Shown: positions 1-22,972 of the stretch, piece by piece
How positions within the stretch are numbered: the first letter of the stretch is position 1
Layout of the letters: the number at the start of each line of letters is the position of its first letter
From: Eledone cirrhosa
Lineage: Eukaryota
Assembly (NCBI GenBank): GCA_964016885.1
Contig: OZ024762.1
Coordinates: forward strand, 20,770,001-20,834,000
Reading direction: 5' to 3'
Length of the DNA: 64,000 nt
Notes under the pieces: generated by a model
What the model was told of the DNA's origin: nothing
Databases searched by the model: none
The model's input: only the letters and a program-made list of their open reading frames with translations
Position numbers and translations under genes: made by a program

Positions 1-249
1 TGTCTTTATCAATCACTATCTATCAGCATCTCTCTCTCTCTCACTCTCTTTATCAGTCTCTACCTATCAGTATTTCTCTCTCTCCTCCTCCTCCTTATAA
101 CGAAGTCACACCTCTCTTCTCCCCCTCTCTATAACCCAGTTACACCTTTCTCTCTCCTTCCTTTTCTCTCTATTTCCTTATTCTTTCTCTATTTTCACTC
201 TCACTGTTATTCATTCTTTCTCCTTGCCTCTCCCTTTCTCCCTCTCTCT

Positions 250-500
250 GTAGTTAGTCTTTCTCTATCAACCACAACACTCTTCTCCCCCTCCCTCTCT
301 CTCAATGGTTAGTCTTTCTCTATCAACCACAACACTCTTCTCCCCCTCCCTCTCTCTCAATGGTTAGTCTTTCTCTATCAACCACAACACTCTTCTCCCC
401 CTCCCTCTCTCTCAATGGTTAGTCTTTCTCTATCAACCACAACGCTCTTTTCCCCCTCCCTCTCTCTCAATGGTTAGTCTTTCTCTATCAACCACAACGC
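250..500. repeat. 55-bp minisatellite, ~4.5 copies
   Basis: Unit GGTTAGTCTTTTCTCTATCAACCACAACACTCTTCTCCCCCTCCCTCTCTCTCAAT recurs at ~307, 362, 417 and 472. Confidence 0.9.
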
Positions 501-659
501 TACTTACTCTTCCTCTTTCTCACTAGTTGCTCTCTCTCTCCTTCTATATCTCAATATTATATCTCTCTCTCTCTCTCTTAATAGTTGCTCTCTTCCTCTC
601 TCTCAGTACTTCCTCTCCCTCTGTCTTTCAATAATTACTCTCTCCCTCTCTATATGCTG

Positions 660-850
660 CCAACCACCGCCGCCGCCAACATCACCAGAACTACTACTTC
701 CAGTTAGCAGTAGAAGAGGAAGAAGGAGAGCAACAAGCAATACAACTACTAACAACAACGGCAGCAGTAGCAGTAGCAGTAGCATCAGCAGTAGTACCAA
801 CAACAGCAGCAGCAGTAGTAATAACAGTAGTAGTAGTAGTATTAATAGTA
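660..850. repeat. Mixed trinucleotide repeats (CCG/AAC/CAG/TAG) upstream of the tomosyn start, possibly 5' UTR
   Basis: Visible runs of AGC, AGT and AAC directly upstream of the ATG. Confidence 0.6.
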
Positions 851-942
851 TCGTGGCAGTTGGAGCGGGCAATGGTAAAGTGTGACTGGCTTTTTCTTAT
901 GGAAATGTTGTTACTTGTTTCTCAAACTAGACGACATTTAAC

Positions 943-1083
943 ATGTCAGCGGTGATGGATAAAATGAAAAAATTTAAAATAAAAGGAGTGCTTGACGGAC
1001 TCAGGTCGTCGGTAAATACCCAGGCCAAAACTGAATTGGACATAACTGAGACATTACGTTCGGAACACTTCGAGATATGCAAG
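943..1083 (+). CDS. STXBP5: Tomosyn (syntaxin-binding protein 5 family), first coding exon
   Basis: Manual translation gives MSAVMDKMKKFKIKGVLDGLRSSVNTQAKTELDITETLRSEHFEICK, matching the recalled tomosyn N-terminus (MRKFNIRKVLDGL...ETLQSEHFQLCK). It ends AAG|GTAGGA (phase-0 donor at 1084). An in-frame TAG at 928-930 is either an upstream stop or an acceptor. Not in the ORF track because it is short. Confidence 0.93.
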
Positions 1084-1498
1084 GTAGGAGAAAAAGCAAC
1101 CATGGAATAAATGCAACAGATAGATGGATAGATACATACACACACATATATATATACATCTATATATACACACACACACACACGTATATATATATATAAT
1201 ACACACACACATATATACATATACATATATACACGGACACACATACACACGCACACACACATATATATACACAGACACTACATATGTGTATAAACACAGA
1301 CATACATATACACTTATATATATATGTATATATCTAGATATATATATATATATATATATACACGCGGACACATATACATCTATACACACATATACATAGA
1401 TGTACATATATGTATACACACACACACACACATATACATCTATACACACATATACATAGATGTACATATATGTATACACACACACACATATACACTTA

Positions 1499-1530
<32 letters not shown>

Positions 1531-1823
1531 CATCTATGTATATGTGTGTATAGATGTATATGTGTCCGTGTGTATATATATATATACACACGGACACATA
1601 TACATCTATACACACATATACATAGATGTACATATATGTATACACACAGACACATATACACTCACAAACATAAACACACACACACCTATATATATATATA
1701 TATAAACAATTTGACAGATGCATTTGTTCATATAAATACTCAACTTCCACATTATATGCTGATTGCTCTATTTTTTTCGTTTGTGTCTACACATATATAT
1801 ATATATATACAGGTAAAGAGGCA

Positions 1824-1866
<43 letters not shown>

Positions 1867-2006
1867 ATACAATAACAGAGATAGCTTAAAGCTAAACTCT
1901 GACTGGTAACCATCTCATTCAACAAACATTAGGTTATATGTTAGTATAAACCCAATTTAAGTTCAAATCCCGCCGAGGTTGACTTTGCCTTTCATCCTTA
2001 CGGGGA

Positions 2007-2053
<47 letters not shown>

Positions 2054-2332
2054 GTTTGTGTGTGTATTGTGTATACGTTTTTTGGGACATCCTGTATGTA
2101 TATATATATATATATATTCATAAATATACAGGGTATCACAAAAAATGTATATACACTTCAACAGCATTCTAATCAAAGTGTGTATATATATATATATATA
2201 TATACAACATATTAAAATGTTTAATTACTGACCGATGTATGTACAGTATAGGCATACAGTGTATATATATATATATAACACTATTATAGTTCTGTTTTCA
2301 TAACATATATTTAGATATACACACAACACGCA

Positions 2333-2378
<46 letters not shown>

Positions 2379-3088
2379 AGTGTATGTGTTAACGATCAAA
2401 ATTATAATGCAGATACAAACACATCTTTATAATTCTTCCTAGCCTCCTATAATGACTTTAATGTCTCTTTTTATTCCTGTTCTACACATAATATATATAC
2501 ATATATATCTCTCTCTATATATATACATATATAAATATATATATATATTATAAATATACTGCATATACACTCACACAAATTATATACAGTTGTTTTGTAT
2601 ATATTATAATCATATCGATAAATGCTGCATACACACAGAATATCTTATACACATATACACAAGTTGTTTTGTGCAAACGTATGTTATATACATACACATT
2701 TACATACACACATACACACACGAATGTATATTTCTGTGCGATTGTCGTTTTCCTTCACAATTATATACACATATATATGCAGCATAGTTATGTATATACG
2801 CAGTAAGCATACGTGTGTGTATATATACGTATGGATATATACACACATTATTCACACAATATACATAGATGCGTACACATCATCTGTTATACACTCGCAT
2901 ATTCCCCACAATGTTAGTGTTATATACACTCGCACTTAGTTTTTTTGACATATTTATACATACATGATCATAGTCTGTCAAATTCACACACACATACACA
3001 TACACATACACACACTCGTTACCGCAAACCTTAATGACATAATATACTCGATCGCACACATACATGTGTGTGCGTGTATATATATATG

Positions 3089-3123
<35 letters not shown>

Positions 3124-3746
3124 ATAAATGTATATATGCCAAAGAAAAAACAGAAAATCAGAAAAATGGGTGGATACTAGTTTAACACTTAGAAGTGAAA
3201 GTCCATTGATAGCTTATAAATGTGTGTATACACACACACACACACACATTCTGTTACGCAAGCACATTGTCATATATACACTGTTCTACATAGACATTCA
3301 TACACACACTGACGTATAGACATACACAAACACTATTACACATACATACACACACACATATATATACACACACTCACACATATGACATTCTCATTTATAC
3401 ACCATTCCACACGCACAATCTATATTACGTTTTCGTCTCTTCCTCCCCCTCACTCTCTCTCTCTTTCACACACTGTCCCCCCCTCTCTCTGTCACACAGT
3501 CCCCCTCTCTGTTTTGTCACGTGTCACTCACTGTCACATGCAATGGATGTTTGTTTTTTTCTTCTTCAAATTTTCCGTTCTCTGCGACACATCTTTTCTT
3601 CCTTCAGTGCCTCTGATCTGACATCATTCATTACACACATCCATTCCTTTCCTCAATCTCCCCCCCCCCCACACTCTTATCCCACCCTAACCCCTTTCTG
3701 TACTTAATACACACATATTCATATACTGTCACGATCCCATTCTGTG

Positions 3747-3784
<38 letters not shown>

Positions 3785-4803
3785 GCTATTATTGTCCACA
3801 CACCCATTTTCTCTCTCACATACACATTGTCTGTCTATCTCTCTCAAACTCACTCTTAGTCTTTCTCTCTCTCTCCCTCTCTCTCTCTCTCTCTCGCAAA
3901 CCCATACTGTCACGCACATTCTTATTGTCACACATTTATTGTCACACACACACATACGCACACTCTCATAATCAAACACAAACACAAATTCCCACTCACA
4001 CACACTCTCTCTCTCATTCTCTCTCTCTCACTAAGTCTTGGTTGAATGCATCACAGTCACATACAACCAACACCACTACCATCATATCTGCTTTAATCAA
4101 CAGTGTTCCTATATAAAACACCTTATATAATGTATTCGTGTATACGTCGCGCCTTATCTCATGAAAATATGACATAAAAAGCCAACATGCTCCCTATGAA
4201 CATCTGTTGAAAATGTGTGTGTGTGTTTATATATTTGTGTGTGTGTGTGTATGTATATATAAATGTTTGTGTGCATTTGTGTGTGTGTATTTGTTTGTGT
4301 TTGTATTTGTGTGTATATATGTGAATTTATGTATGTATATGTGTGTATGTATGTATGTATATATGTGTGTATGTATATGTATGTATGTGTATGTATGTGT
4401 ATGTATGTGTGTATATATATATGTATGTATATGTGTATGTATATAAGTGTGTGTGTATGTATGTATATGTGTATGTATGTATGTGTATATATATGTATGT
4501 ATATGTGTATGTATGTATGTGTATATATATGTATGTGTATGTATGTATGTGTATATATATGTATGTATATGTGTGTATGTATGTGTATATATATGTATGT
4601 ATAGATGTGTGTATGTATGTGTATATATATGTATGTATAGATGTGTGTATTTATGTGTGTGTATGTATGTATATATATATATATATATATATTTATGTGT
4701 GTGTGTGTATGTTGATGTATCTATGTATATATTTATGTGTGTGTGTGTATGTTGATGTATCTATGTATATATATATGTGTGTGTGTGTGTATGTGGATGT
4801 ATC

Positions 4804-4835
<32 letters not shown>

Positions 4836-5109
4836 GATGTATCTATGTATGTATATATATATATATGTGTGTGCGTGTGGATGTATGTATGTATGTATTT
4901 ATGATTGGTGGTACATTTTAAATGCTGTATATCTATAGTAATGGTGGTGTGACATAATAGAAGTGTATAGAGACTAATTGTAAAATAAATCTGTGAATTC
5001 TTCCCCGACAATTTTTGCCCAACAATTCAACTGTGATTTACATAATCTAAATCTGAAAAATCTTCAACATAAATAAATAAAAAGCTAGATATACACATTA
5101 CATAGTTAC

Positions 5110-5160
<51 letters not shown>

Positions 5161-5161
<1 letters not shown>

Positions 5162-5300
5162 CGAAGGAAATGTGGTAAGGAACCAGGTGGACCATAACGC
5201 ACCAAAGTACTCAATACTTAGGGTAGTAGAGTGGGTAATAGGAACAAGTAAGACCCCGACGGCTAAACTCAAGCCGTTTCGACGGCTAATTCTGGACATT
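5161..5300 (-). mobile_element. Penelope-like terminal fragment carrying the 3' half of a hammerhead
   Basis: Minus strand reads GCCGTC-GAAA-CGGCttgagtttaGCCG-TC, then the bulged hairpin, then (TA)n. Other copies at 39527-39722 and 39747-39830. Confidence 0.6.
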
Positions 5301-5309
5301 TTTGAGACC

Positions 5310-5359
<50 letters not shown>

Positions 5360-5483
5360 TTCCTGTATGAGCAAGGCATGGTCAGCCGACCAGACACTGC
5401 CCACAACAGGACAACCCGTCTAACCCATGCTAGCGTGGAAGAACGGACGTAAAACGGTGATGATGATGATGATGATATATATA

Positions 5484-5578
5484 TAGGGTGGTCTCAAAAA
5501 TGTATACACACTTTGATATTACTTGTACAGGCAATATTTATTAGAATGGTGTTGAAGTATGTATACATTTTTTGGGGA

Positions 5579-5582
<4 letters not shown>
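5484..5582. mobile_element. ~100-bp Tc1/mariner-type MITE
   Basis: Imperfect TIRs AGGGTGGTCTCAAAAATGTATACAC ... GTATACATTTTTTGGGGACACT in a TA context. Related pieces at 2069-2175, 6281-6357 and 25379-25456. Confidence 0.65.
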
Positions 5583-5612
<30 letters not shown>

Positions 5613-5674
5613 GGGGTAACAGATTATTGTTATAGGTAGTCCACTTAGGTGTAGTCCAGTTATGGTACTCCGTG

Positions 5675-5711
<37 letters not shown>

Positions 5712-5754
5712 CTTTAAAATATTAATAAATATAGACATTCATGTGATCAAATAT

Positions 5755-5810
5755 ATTTTATTATAAATATTTCAGAGGTATTTCAACAGTACGTCCTCAT
5801 CAGATAAAAT
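5755..5810 (-). ncRNA. Type-I hammerhead ribozyme candidate (minimal, PLE-type)
   Basis: Minus strand: AUUUUAU-CUGAUGA-[irregular stem II]-GAAA-UAUUUA-UA-AUAAAAU. Stem I is a perfect 7 bp. Confidence 0.6.
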
Positions 5811-6468
5811 AAGTTGATGCCTGGCATACCTTGACTATGTTGATGGTTATAATTTAGTCATGGCAGTCATAATTATATATATATATATATATAATATACA
5901 CTTATATATATATATATATAATATACACTTATATATATATATATAATATACACTTCATCATCATCGTTTAACGTCCATATTCCACGCTTGCATGGGTTTG
6001 GATATATATATATATATATATAATATACACTTATATATATATATATATAATATACACTTATATATATATATAATATACACTTATATATATATATAATATA
6101 CACTTATATAAATATATATAATATACACTTATATAAATATATATAATATACACTTATATAAATATATATAATATACACTTATATATATATATATATATAA
6201 TATACATTTATATATATATTTATAATATACACTTATATATATATAATATACAGTTATATATATATATATATATATAATATACACTTTGATTACCTGTACA
6301 GGCAGTATTTATTAGAATGCTGTTAAAGTGTGTATACATTTTTTGGGACACCCTGTATACACACACACACATATATATAATCACATATATATATAAATGT
6401 GTGAATGAAGTATTTCCGTAGGAAAGGTACAGGAAAAAAGAGTGCTCTATGTAGGCTACAGAGCTTAT

Positions 6469-6606
6469 TAGTTATGTAATAAACAACATAAGATAATTAT
6501 TTCATTTACCAGTGGTTTCTTGAAGGCAGATGTTATGTCTGTCTTCAGTCGTCAAGAAACCACTGGTAAATGAAATAATTATCTTATGTTGTTTATTACA
6601 TAACTA
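6469..6606. repeat. Near-perfect palindrome (~55-bp arms) abutting (TA)n
   Basis: TAGTTATGTAATAAACAACATAAG...GGTTTCTTGA pairs with TCAAGAAACC...CTTATGTTGTTTATTACATAACTA. Confidence 0.9.
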
Positions 6607-6898
6607 AATATATATATATATATATATATATATAGACTAGCAGTGTAAATTATATGTATATATATAATTATATGTATATATATATATAATTATATATATA
6701 TATTATTTACACTCTACTATCTCAAGTATTGAGTACTCTGCTGGATAATGGTCTTAGATTAAAACTGGTATAATCCTGATTTATCTATCTATATAAATAT
6801 AAATATATTCTCTCTCTGTATGTGTATATATATATATATATATATGTGTGTTATTCCGTATTAAGTAAGGTACTCAATACATAGCAGAGTATAAATGT

Positions 6899-6988
6899 TT
6901 TAATATAGAAGAACTTCTACAGGACTAGAACTGATGACTTCTCACGAATGAAACAGTTCTAGTCCTGTAGAAGCTCTTCTATATTAAA
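6899..6988. mobile_element. Fold-back (palindromic) hammerhead-bearing element
   Basis: Arms CTTCTACAGGACTAGAACTG / CAGTTCTAGTCCTGTAGAAG with a CTGATGA...GAAA core in the centre. Sister copies at 8200-8350 and 33331-33490; single arms at 31470-31520, 50211-50273 and 62170-62205. Confidence 0.7.
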
Positions 6989-7091
6989 ATATATATATAT
7001 ATAAGACTAGAAGATTGATACACAAATTCAAAGAACAGATTCCTGTAGTGAATGTTCTTATATTATTATAATTATTATCATTATTATTATG

Positions 7092-7795
7092 TTTACGTCC
7101 CTTTACGATCTGAGTTCAAATCCTGCCGAGGTTGACTTTGCCTTTCATCCTTACGGGGGTCGATAAAATAAAGTACCAGTAATGCACTGGGTTATTGCTG
7201 GCCTTGTGCCTAAAGTAGAGACAATTATTATTATTATATTATTATATTATTATTATATTATCATCATCATCACCCTGTGCTGTCCTTAATGTTTGAGGTT
7301 AACAAAGAAATGATTATCATAAATAAATTATTTTTTTTTTTATTTTTCTTATATATATAATAAAAATATTTACACGCACAAAACCCACATCGTACCGTCC
7401 TGGGCCGTCTGTAATGTTTTTCTTAATGTCAGCCCTTGTGTCCAATAAAGAAATCATCATTATTATAATAATAATAAAAATAAATAAAAATAATAAATAT
7501 AGAAATCAGATTATTATGAGGTTAACTTTGCCTTTCATCCTTACGGGGTCGATAAAATAAAGTACCAGTAATACACTGGGATAATTGCTGGCCTTGTGCC
7601 AAAAGCAGAAACAATTATTATTACAGTATCGGTAGAGCGTCAGACTCTATGCTTTGCAGCATAGTTATGGCCCTTTATATTCTGAGTTCAGATCCCACCA
7701 AGGTTAACTCTGCCTTTCATCCTTACGGGGTCAATAAAATAAAGTACCAGCAATGTACTGGGTATTTGCTGGCCTTGTGCCAAATGTAGAAAAAA
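7092..7795 (+). mobile_element. Cluster of three partial copies of tRNA-derived SINE family A
   Basis: B-box-like GAGTTCAAATCC followed by GACTTTGCCTTTCATCCTTACGGGGTCGATAAAATAAAGTACCAG and an (ATT)n tail. Confidence 0.8.
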
Positions 7796-8036
7796 TGGTT
7801 TGGCATAACCGTTAGTGTGAAGGTGGGGGGTTGGCGGTACCTGGTGGTATTTGTTCAGGTTCTTTACGTTCTGATTTCAAATCCCACCGAAGTCGGCTTT
7901 GCTCTCCGTCTTTCTGAGATTGATGAAATAAACTATCAATATCAATCATGCTGTGGGGTTGATCTAATGAATTCCAGTTAAGCATTCTTCCCACAAACTG
8001 CTGGCCCTGTGTTTTAATTTTGAATAGAAACCATTG

Positions 8037-8082
<46 letters not shown>

Positions 8083-8160
8083 AGCAAATGAATAAGTGTA
8101 GGAGTTACAAGTCGTTATATAATATTTATATAATTCTTATATATATATATATATATATAG

Positions 8161-8195
<35 letters not shown>

Positions 8196-8375
8196 AGATT
8201 TAATATATGGCTTCTACAGGACTAGAACTGTTTCATTCCAATGAAACGGTTCTAGTCCTGTAGAAGCTATTTCTATATTAAATTTTGTATATATTCTACT
8301 AATGTATTGAGTACTTTACTTACTGTGGTTACCCCTGATTGAACACGGGACTCATATATATATATATATATATAT

Positions 8376-8469
<94 letters not shown>

Positions 8470-8489
8470 ACATACATATATATATATAT

Positions 8490-8528
<39 letters not shown>

Positions 8529-8761
8529 TATATATATATACACATACATATATATATAGATATATACACATACATATATATATATACATATCTTTATATA
8601 TATATATAAATATATATATATAGAGAGAGAGAGAAGAACCCCCTCTCTGCCCTCAATAGACTTTCTGTCCTTAACTTCTTCCCCTCTGAGAAAGTGGTCC
8701 TCAGCTTTAAATTAAAATACAAAGCAGTATTATGAATTAAATTGCAGTGTATATAGAGGTA

Positions 8762-8793
<32 letters not shown>

Positions 8794-9099
8794 AATATAT
8801 ATGCAAAGTTTTATTTAAATTGTTGGGTTACGAGTAAATATATATAATGAAATAAATATGGTTTTATAAATATAGTTTCCATTTATTTAATATCGTATAT
8901 AAATATGTATATATTTATATGCACATATACATCTATACATAAACATAGCCACACACACACATATACACACCTGTACATAAAGATACACATACAAACACAG
9001 TCAACAATTGAGAAGAAAATCGATGGAATATGGTGTGTGTATGAATGATTTCTAGAAAACACGTTTTCTAGAAAGTATATATGGACTTACATTACAGTA

Positions 9100-18300
<9,201 letters not shown>

Positions 18301-18804
18301 ACACACACACAGTATTATATCACACATAAACACTCTCTCTTTTACTCTGTATTATATCACACATACACACAGTATCATATCACACACACACAGTATTATG
18401 TCACATACACACACACTCTCTTTTTTACTCTGTATTATATTTACACACACACACTGTATCAATATATCACACACGCACTGTATCATTATATCACTTACAC
18501 ACACACACACACACACTCTCTCTCTGTATTATCTCACTCTCTCTCTTTCTCTCTCTCTGTATTATCTCACACTTTCTCTCTCTCTCTATTATCTCACACA
18601 CACTCTCTCTCTCTCTGTATTATCTCACACTCTCTCTTTCTCTCTCTCCCTTTCTCTGTATTATCTCACACTCTCTCTTTCTCTCTCTGTATTATCTCAC
18701 ACACATTCTCTCTCTCTCTCTGTATTATCTCACACTCTCTTTCCCTCTCTCTCTCTCCGTATTATCTCACACTCTCTCTTTCTCTGTATTATCTCGCACA
18801 CACA

Positions 18805-18838
<34 letters not shown>

Positions 18839-19028
18839 GTATTATTTCACACAGTCTCTCTCTCTGTATTATCTCACACTTTCTCTCTCTCTGTATTATC
18901 TCACACTTTCTCTCTCTCTGTATTGCCTCGCCGCTCTTGCTCTCTGCATTATCACACACACACAGTCTCTCTCTATTTCTATCTGTATCATAGCACTCTC
19001 TCTCTCTCTCTCTCTCTGTATCATAGCA

Positions 19029-19060
<32 letters not shown>

Positions 19061-19865
19061 TGTCAATCTCATTCTCTCTCTCCTCCCTCTCACACTCATC
19101 TCTCCATCTTCTCCCTGTCTCTCTCTCTCTCCCTCTTCTCCCTGTCTCTCTCTCTCTCTCTCTCTCTTTCTCTCATCTCTCAATCTTCTCCGTCTCTCTC
19201 TCTCATCTCTCTCTCTCATCTCTCCATCTTCTCCCTGTCTCTCTCTCTCTCTCTCTCTCTCCATCTTCTCCCTGTCTCTCTCTCTCTCTCCGTCTTTCTC
19301 ACATAATATTTATAATAATGTCTAATTTAGGTAAGGCCAGCAATTTTGAGGAGGAAGAAGGAAAAAACAATCTCCTCTTCCCAGTATGTGACTGGTATCC
19401 ATTTTTATTGACCCCAGAATGATGTGAAACAAAGTTGACCTCATATAATAGTAATAATAATAATAATAATTGTTTCTAATTTTGGCACAAGGCCAGCAAA
19501 TACCCCAGTACACTACTGGTACTTTACTTTCTCAACCCTGTAAGAATGAAAGACGAAGCTAACCTCGGCGGGATTTGAACTCGGACCGTAAAGGGCCGTA
19601 ACTCTATCAATATTTATTATAGTGGTGATAACAAACGTAATATCTCGATCATTGATATATATATATTTATATATACATATACACATATACATAGTGTTAA
19701 ACTAATATGTACTTCAATGTAGTGTCATTTGCTATTTCATTTGTTTACATTATATATATATATATATATATAATCATCCTCAGTGTATCCTGATTAATGT
19801 TCAGAGCCATCCTCAGCATTCTCGTGTAGCACCCATCCACCATCTGAGTGAGTTTCTTGGTCAGA

Positions 19866-20160
19866 GCTGTATGGGAGCATCCCAAAAGTCAGCTCAAAAG
19901 TGACACAGAGGAGACTGAGGTTGGCTGGACATGCTCACCGACATCCAGAGTTGACATTGCACTCAGTGCTCCTTTGGGAGCCCCTACATGGACACACTAG
20001 AAGAGGAAGACCAAGGTTAACGTATGTTGATGCCCTAAGGACAGACACTGGTCTATTGGAGACACAGGACATGGCAGCGATAATGAGGGACAGAGACCGC
20101 TGGAGAGAACTCGTCCATGGATCTCGGGAATTTTACACGCCTTAGAATAGAATAGAATAT
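19866..20160 (+). mobile_element. RTE-like LINE 3' end (ORF C-terminus plus (TAGAA)n tail)
   Basis: ELYGSIPKVSSKVTQRRLRLAGHAHRH...[11 protein letters not shown]...RDRWR matches the C-terminal RRLRxxGH/GRP motifs of RTE-clade ORFs. Confidence 0.8.
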
Positions 20161-20314
20161 AATCATCATCATTTAAAGTCCATCTTCCACTCCATCATGG
20201 GTTAGACGGGTTTGTCCCATTTAGAGGTAAGTGTCTCGCTCATATAGGACATTTTCTGACTGGTTTTCGACAGCTGGATGCCCTTCCTAGCGCCAACCAC
20301 ACACACAAACACAC

Positions 20315-20356
<42 letters not shown>

Positions 20357-20919
20357 TAAAATAACAGATTAAAGTTTAAGCAAAGAATCGCTGCTTTCAC
20401 CCTTAACGGGATCTTCTGACAGTGCCTCTATGACTCCACAAGGGGTTATGGGATCTTTATCCTATATATATATATATATATACATCCAGCCGTAGAAAAC
20501 CCGCCAGACAGTCCTATGCGAGCAAGACAACCACTCTTGCCTCAAGTGGGAAAACTCCCGTCCAAACCCATGCAAGCGTGGAATATGGACTTTAAACGAT
20601 GATGATGATGATTATATATATATATAGGATAAAGATCCCATAACCCCTTGTGGGGTCATAGAGGCACTGTCGTACAGCATGTCTAGGGCACTTTTAAACC
20701 TGGCAGAGCCCAACTCTCTTCAGGTCTGAAGACAGGCGATTTTTTTCTATAGAGGAAGAATCAACCCCAGTACAGGACTGGTACTTTTTTATAAACCTCG
20801 AAAGGATGAAAGGCAAAGTTGCCCTCGGTGGGATTTGAACTTAGAGCGCACAATTAGGTGGGACAAATCCCGCAAAGTATTCTATCTGATGTCTTAACAA
20901 CTCTGACCATTCGCCTTAT

Positions 20920-21554
20920 GTATATATATATATATATATATGTATATGTATGTAGATATATATATGTATATGTATGTAGATATATATATGTATATGTATG
21001 TAGATATATATATGTATATGTATGTAGATATATATATGTATATGTATGTAGATATATATATGTATATGTATGTAGATATATATATGTATATGTATGTAGA
21101 TATATATATGTATATGTATGTAGATATATATATATGTATATGTATGTAGATATATATATATGTATATGTATGTAGATATATATATGTATGTAGATATATA
21201 TATATGTATATGTATGTAGATATATATATATGTATATGTATGTAGATATATATATATATATATATGTATATGTATGTAGATATATATATATATGTATATG
21301 TATGTAGATATATATATATATGTATATGTATGTAGATATATATATATGTATATGTATGTAGATATATATATATGTATATGTATGTAGATATATCTATATG
21401 TATGTAGATATATATATGTATGTAGATATATATATGTATGTAGATATATATATGTATATGTATGTAGATATATATATGTATATGTATGTAGATATATAAA
21501 TATGTATATGTATGTAGATATATATATGTATGTATATGTATATATATATGTATG

Positions 21555-21591
<37 letters not shown>

Positions 21592-22300
21592 ATGTATATA
21601 TATATGTGAATGTATATATATGTGTGTGTATGTATGTATATATATATGTGTATGTATATATGTGTGTGTATGTATATATATATGTGTATGTATATATATA
21701 TGTGTATGTATATATATATGTGTATGTATGTATATATATGTGTATGTATATATATATGTGTATGTATATATATATATATATATGTGTATGTATATATATA
21801 TGTGTATGTATATATATATATATATATGTGTATGTATGTATATATATGTGTATGTATATATATATGTGTATGTATATATATATATATATGTGTATGTATG
21901 TATATATATATATATGTGTATGTATGTATATATATATGTGTATGTATGTATATATATATATGTGTCTAATAAATAACAAAGAACGCTTATAGCATATGCA
22001 TATCTTTACTTGCTAACATTGTTTCATCCGCACTATAAGTGGGACTCATCAGAGCATAAAGGTTAATTACATACCATACAAGCAATAACATGGATAAGTG
22101 GAGTGTTATACACCCCTGATCCTTTCCCTAGCATACTATATATGTGTATGTATATATATATATATGTGTATGTATGTATGTATATATATATATATATGTG
22201 TATGTATGTATATATATATATATATGTGTATGTATGTATACATATATATATATGTGTATGTATGTATGTATATATATATATATATATGTGTATGTATGTA
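20920..22300. repeat. Compound TA/TG microsatellite (TATGTATGTAGATA and TATGTGTATG units)
   Basis: Direct inspection. Confidence 0.9.
22004..22061 (-). ncRNA. Type-I hammerhead ribozyme candidate, intact core
   Basis: Minus strand: CUUUAUGCU-CUGAUGA-GUCCCACuuauaGUGcGGAU-GAAA-C-AAU-G-UU^AGCAagUAAAG. Stem I has an AG bulge; predicted cut between 22015 and 22014. Confidence 0.8.
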
Positions 22301-22384
22301 AAAGGTAAACAGAAATAACAACACAATCGGTACAGTATATGGAAGGTATATATTAGGTTAACGTTTGATATAGCAGGAAGAGGG

Positions 22385-22420
22385 TCTTAACGTTTCGGAC
22401 TCTACTCCTTCATCAGAAGA
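22385..22420 (-). ncRNA. Minimal hammerhead (ACGU palindromic stem III) in a PLE-type terminus
   Basis: Minus strand: UCUU-CUGAUGA-aGGAguagagUCC-GAAA-CG-UU-AAGA. The host element (~22300-22450) is an inverted homolog of 32250-32410. Confidence 0.7.
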
Positions 22421-22539
22421 AAGAATGAGAAATAAAATAGATTAAGGGGACGGGCGGTATGAAGTTGGAAAAAATGTCTTTAGATAAAAATAATAGGTCC
22501 ATTCATGTTGACATCTTTTGCAATATATATATATCATCA

Positions 22540-22885
22540 TTTTCATTTCATCATTTCATTTTACGTCCGCTTTTCCCTGCTTGCAAGGGTGGGACGGGAA
22601 CTGATTCTGGCTTGATTTCTACAGCTGGATGCCCTTCCTAACACCAACGACCACTTTACAGTGTGGCTGAGTGCATTTTGCCGTGACACCTCCATGACCA
22701 CCTTGCAGTGGAATGATAGGGACCCCAGTCCCTATCATCTCATTTCTACAGCTGAGTAAACTGGAGCAATGTGAAATAAAGTGTCTTGCTCAAGGAAACA
22801 ACACATCACCCGGTCTGAGAATTGAACTCACAACCTTTCGATTGCAAGGCCAATGCTCTAACCACTAAGCCATGTGCCTCCATAT
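22540..22885 (-). mobile_element. tRNA-derived SINE family B, full length
   Basis: Reverse complement of the 33503-33848 copy: A/B boxes, CCTTGAGCAAGACACTT central domain and LINE-like tail. Confidence 0.85.
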
Positions 22886-22972
22886 ATATCCAGATTGACT
22901 TTGTTAGTTTCAGAAGATCCCGTTAAGGGTGAAAGCAGCGATTCTTTGCTTAAACTTTAATCTGTTATTTTA

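Noticed and set aside
603-872. Poly-Leu signal-peptide-like ORF on the minus strand
   Set aside because: It is the antisense translation of the CAG/TAG trinucleotide tract upstream of tomosyn.
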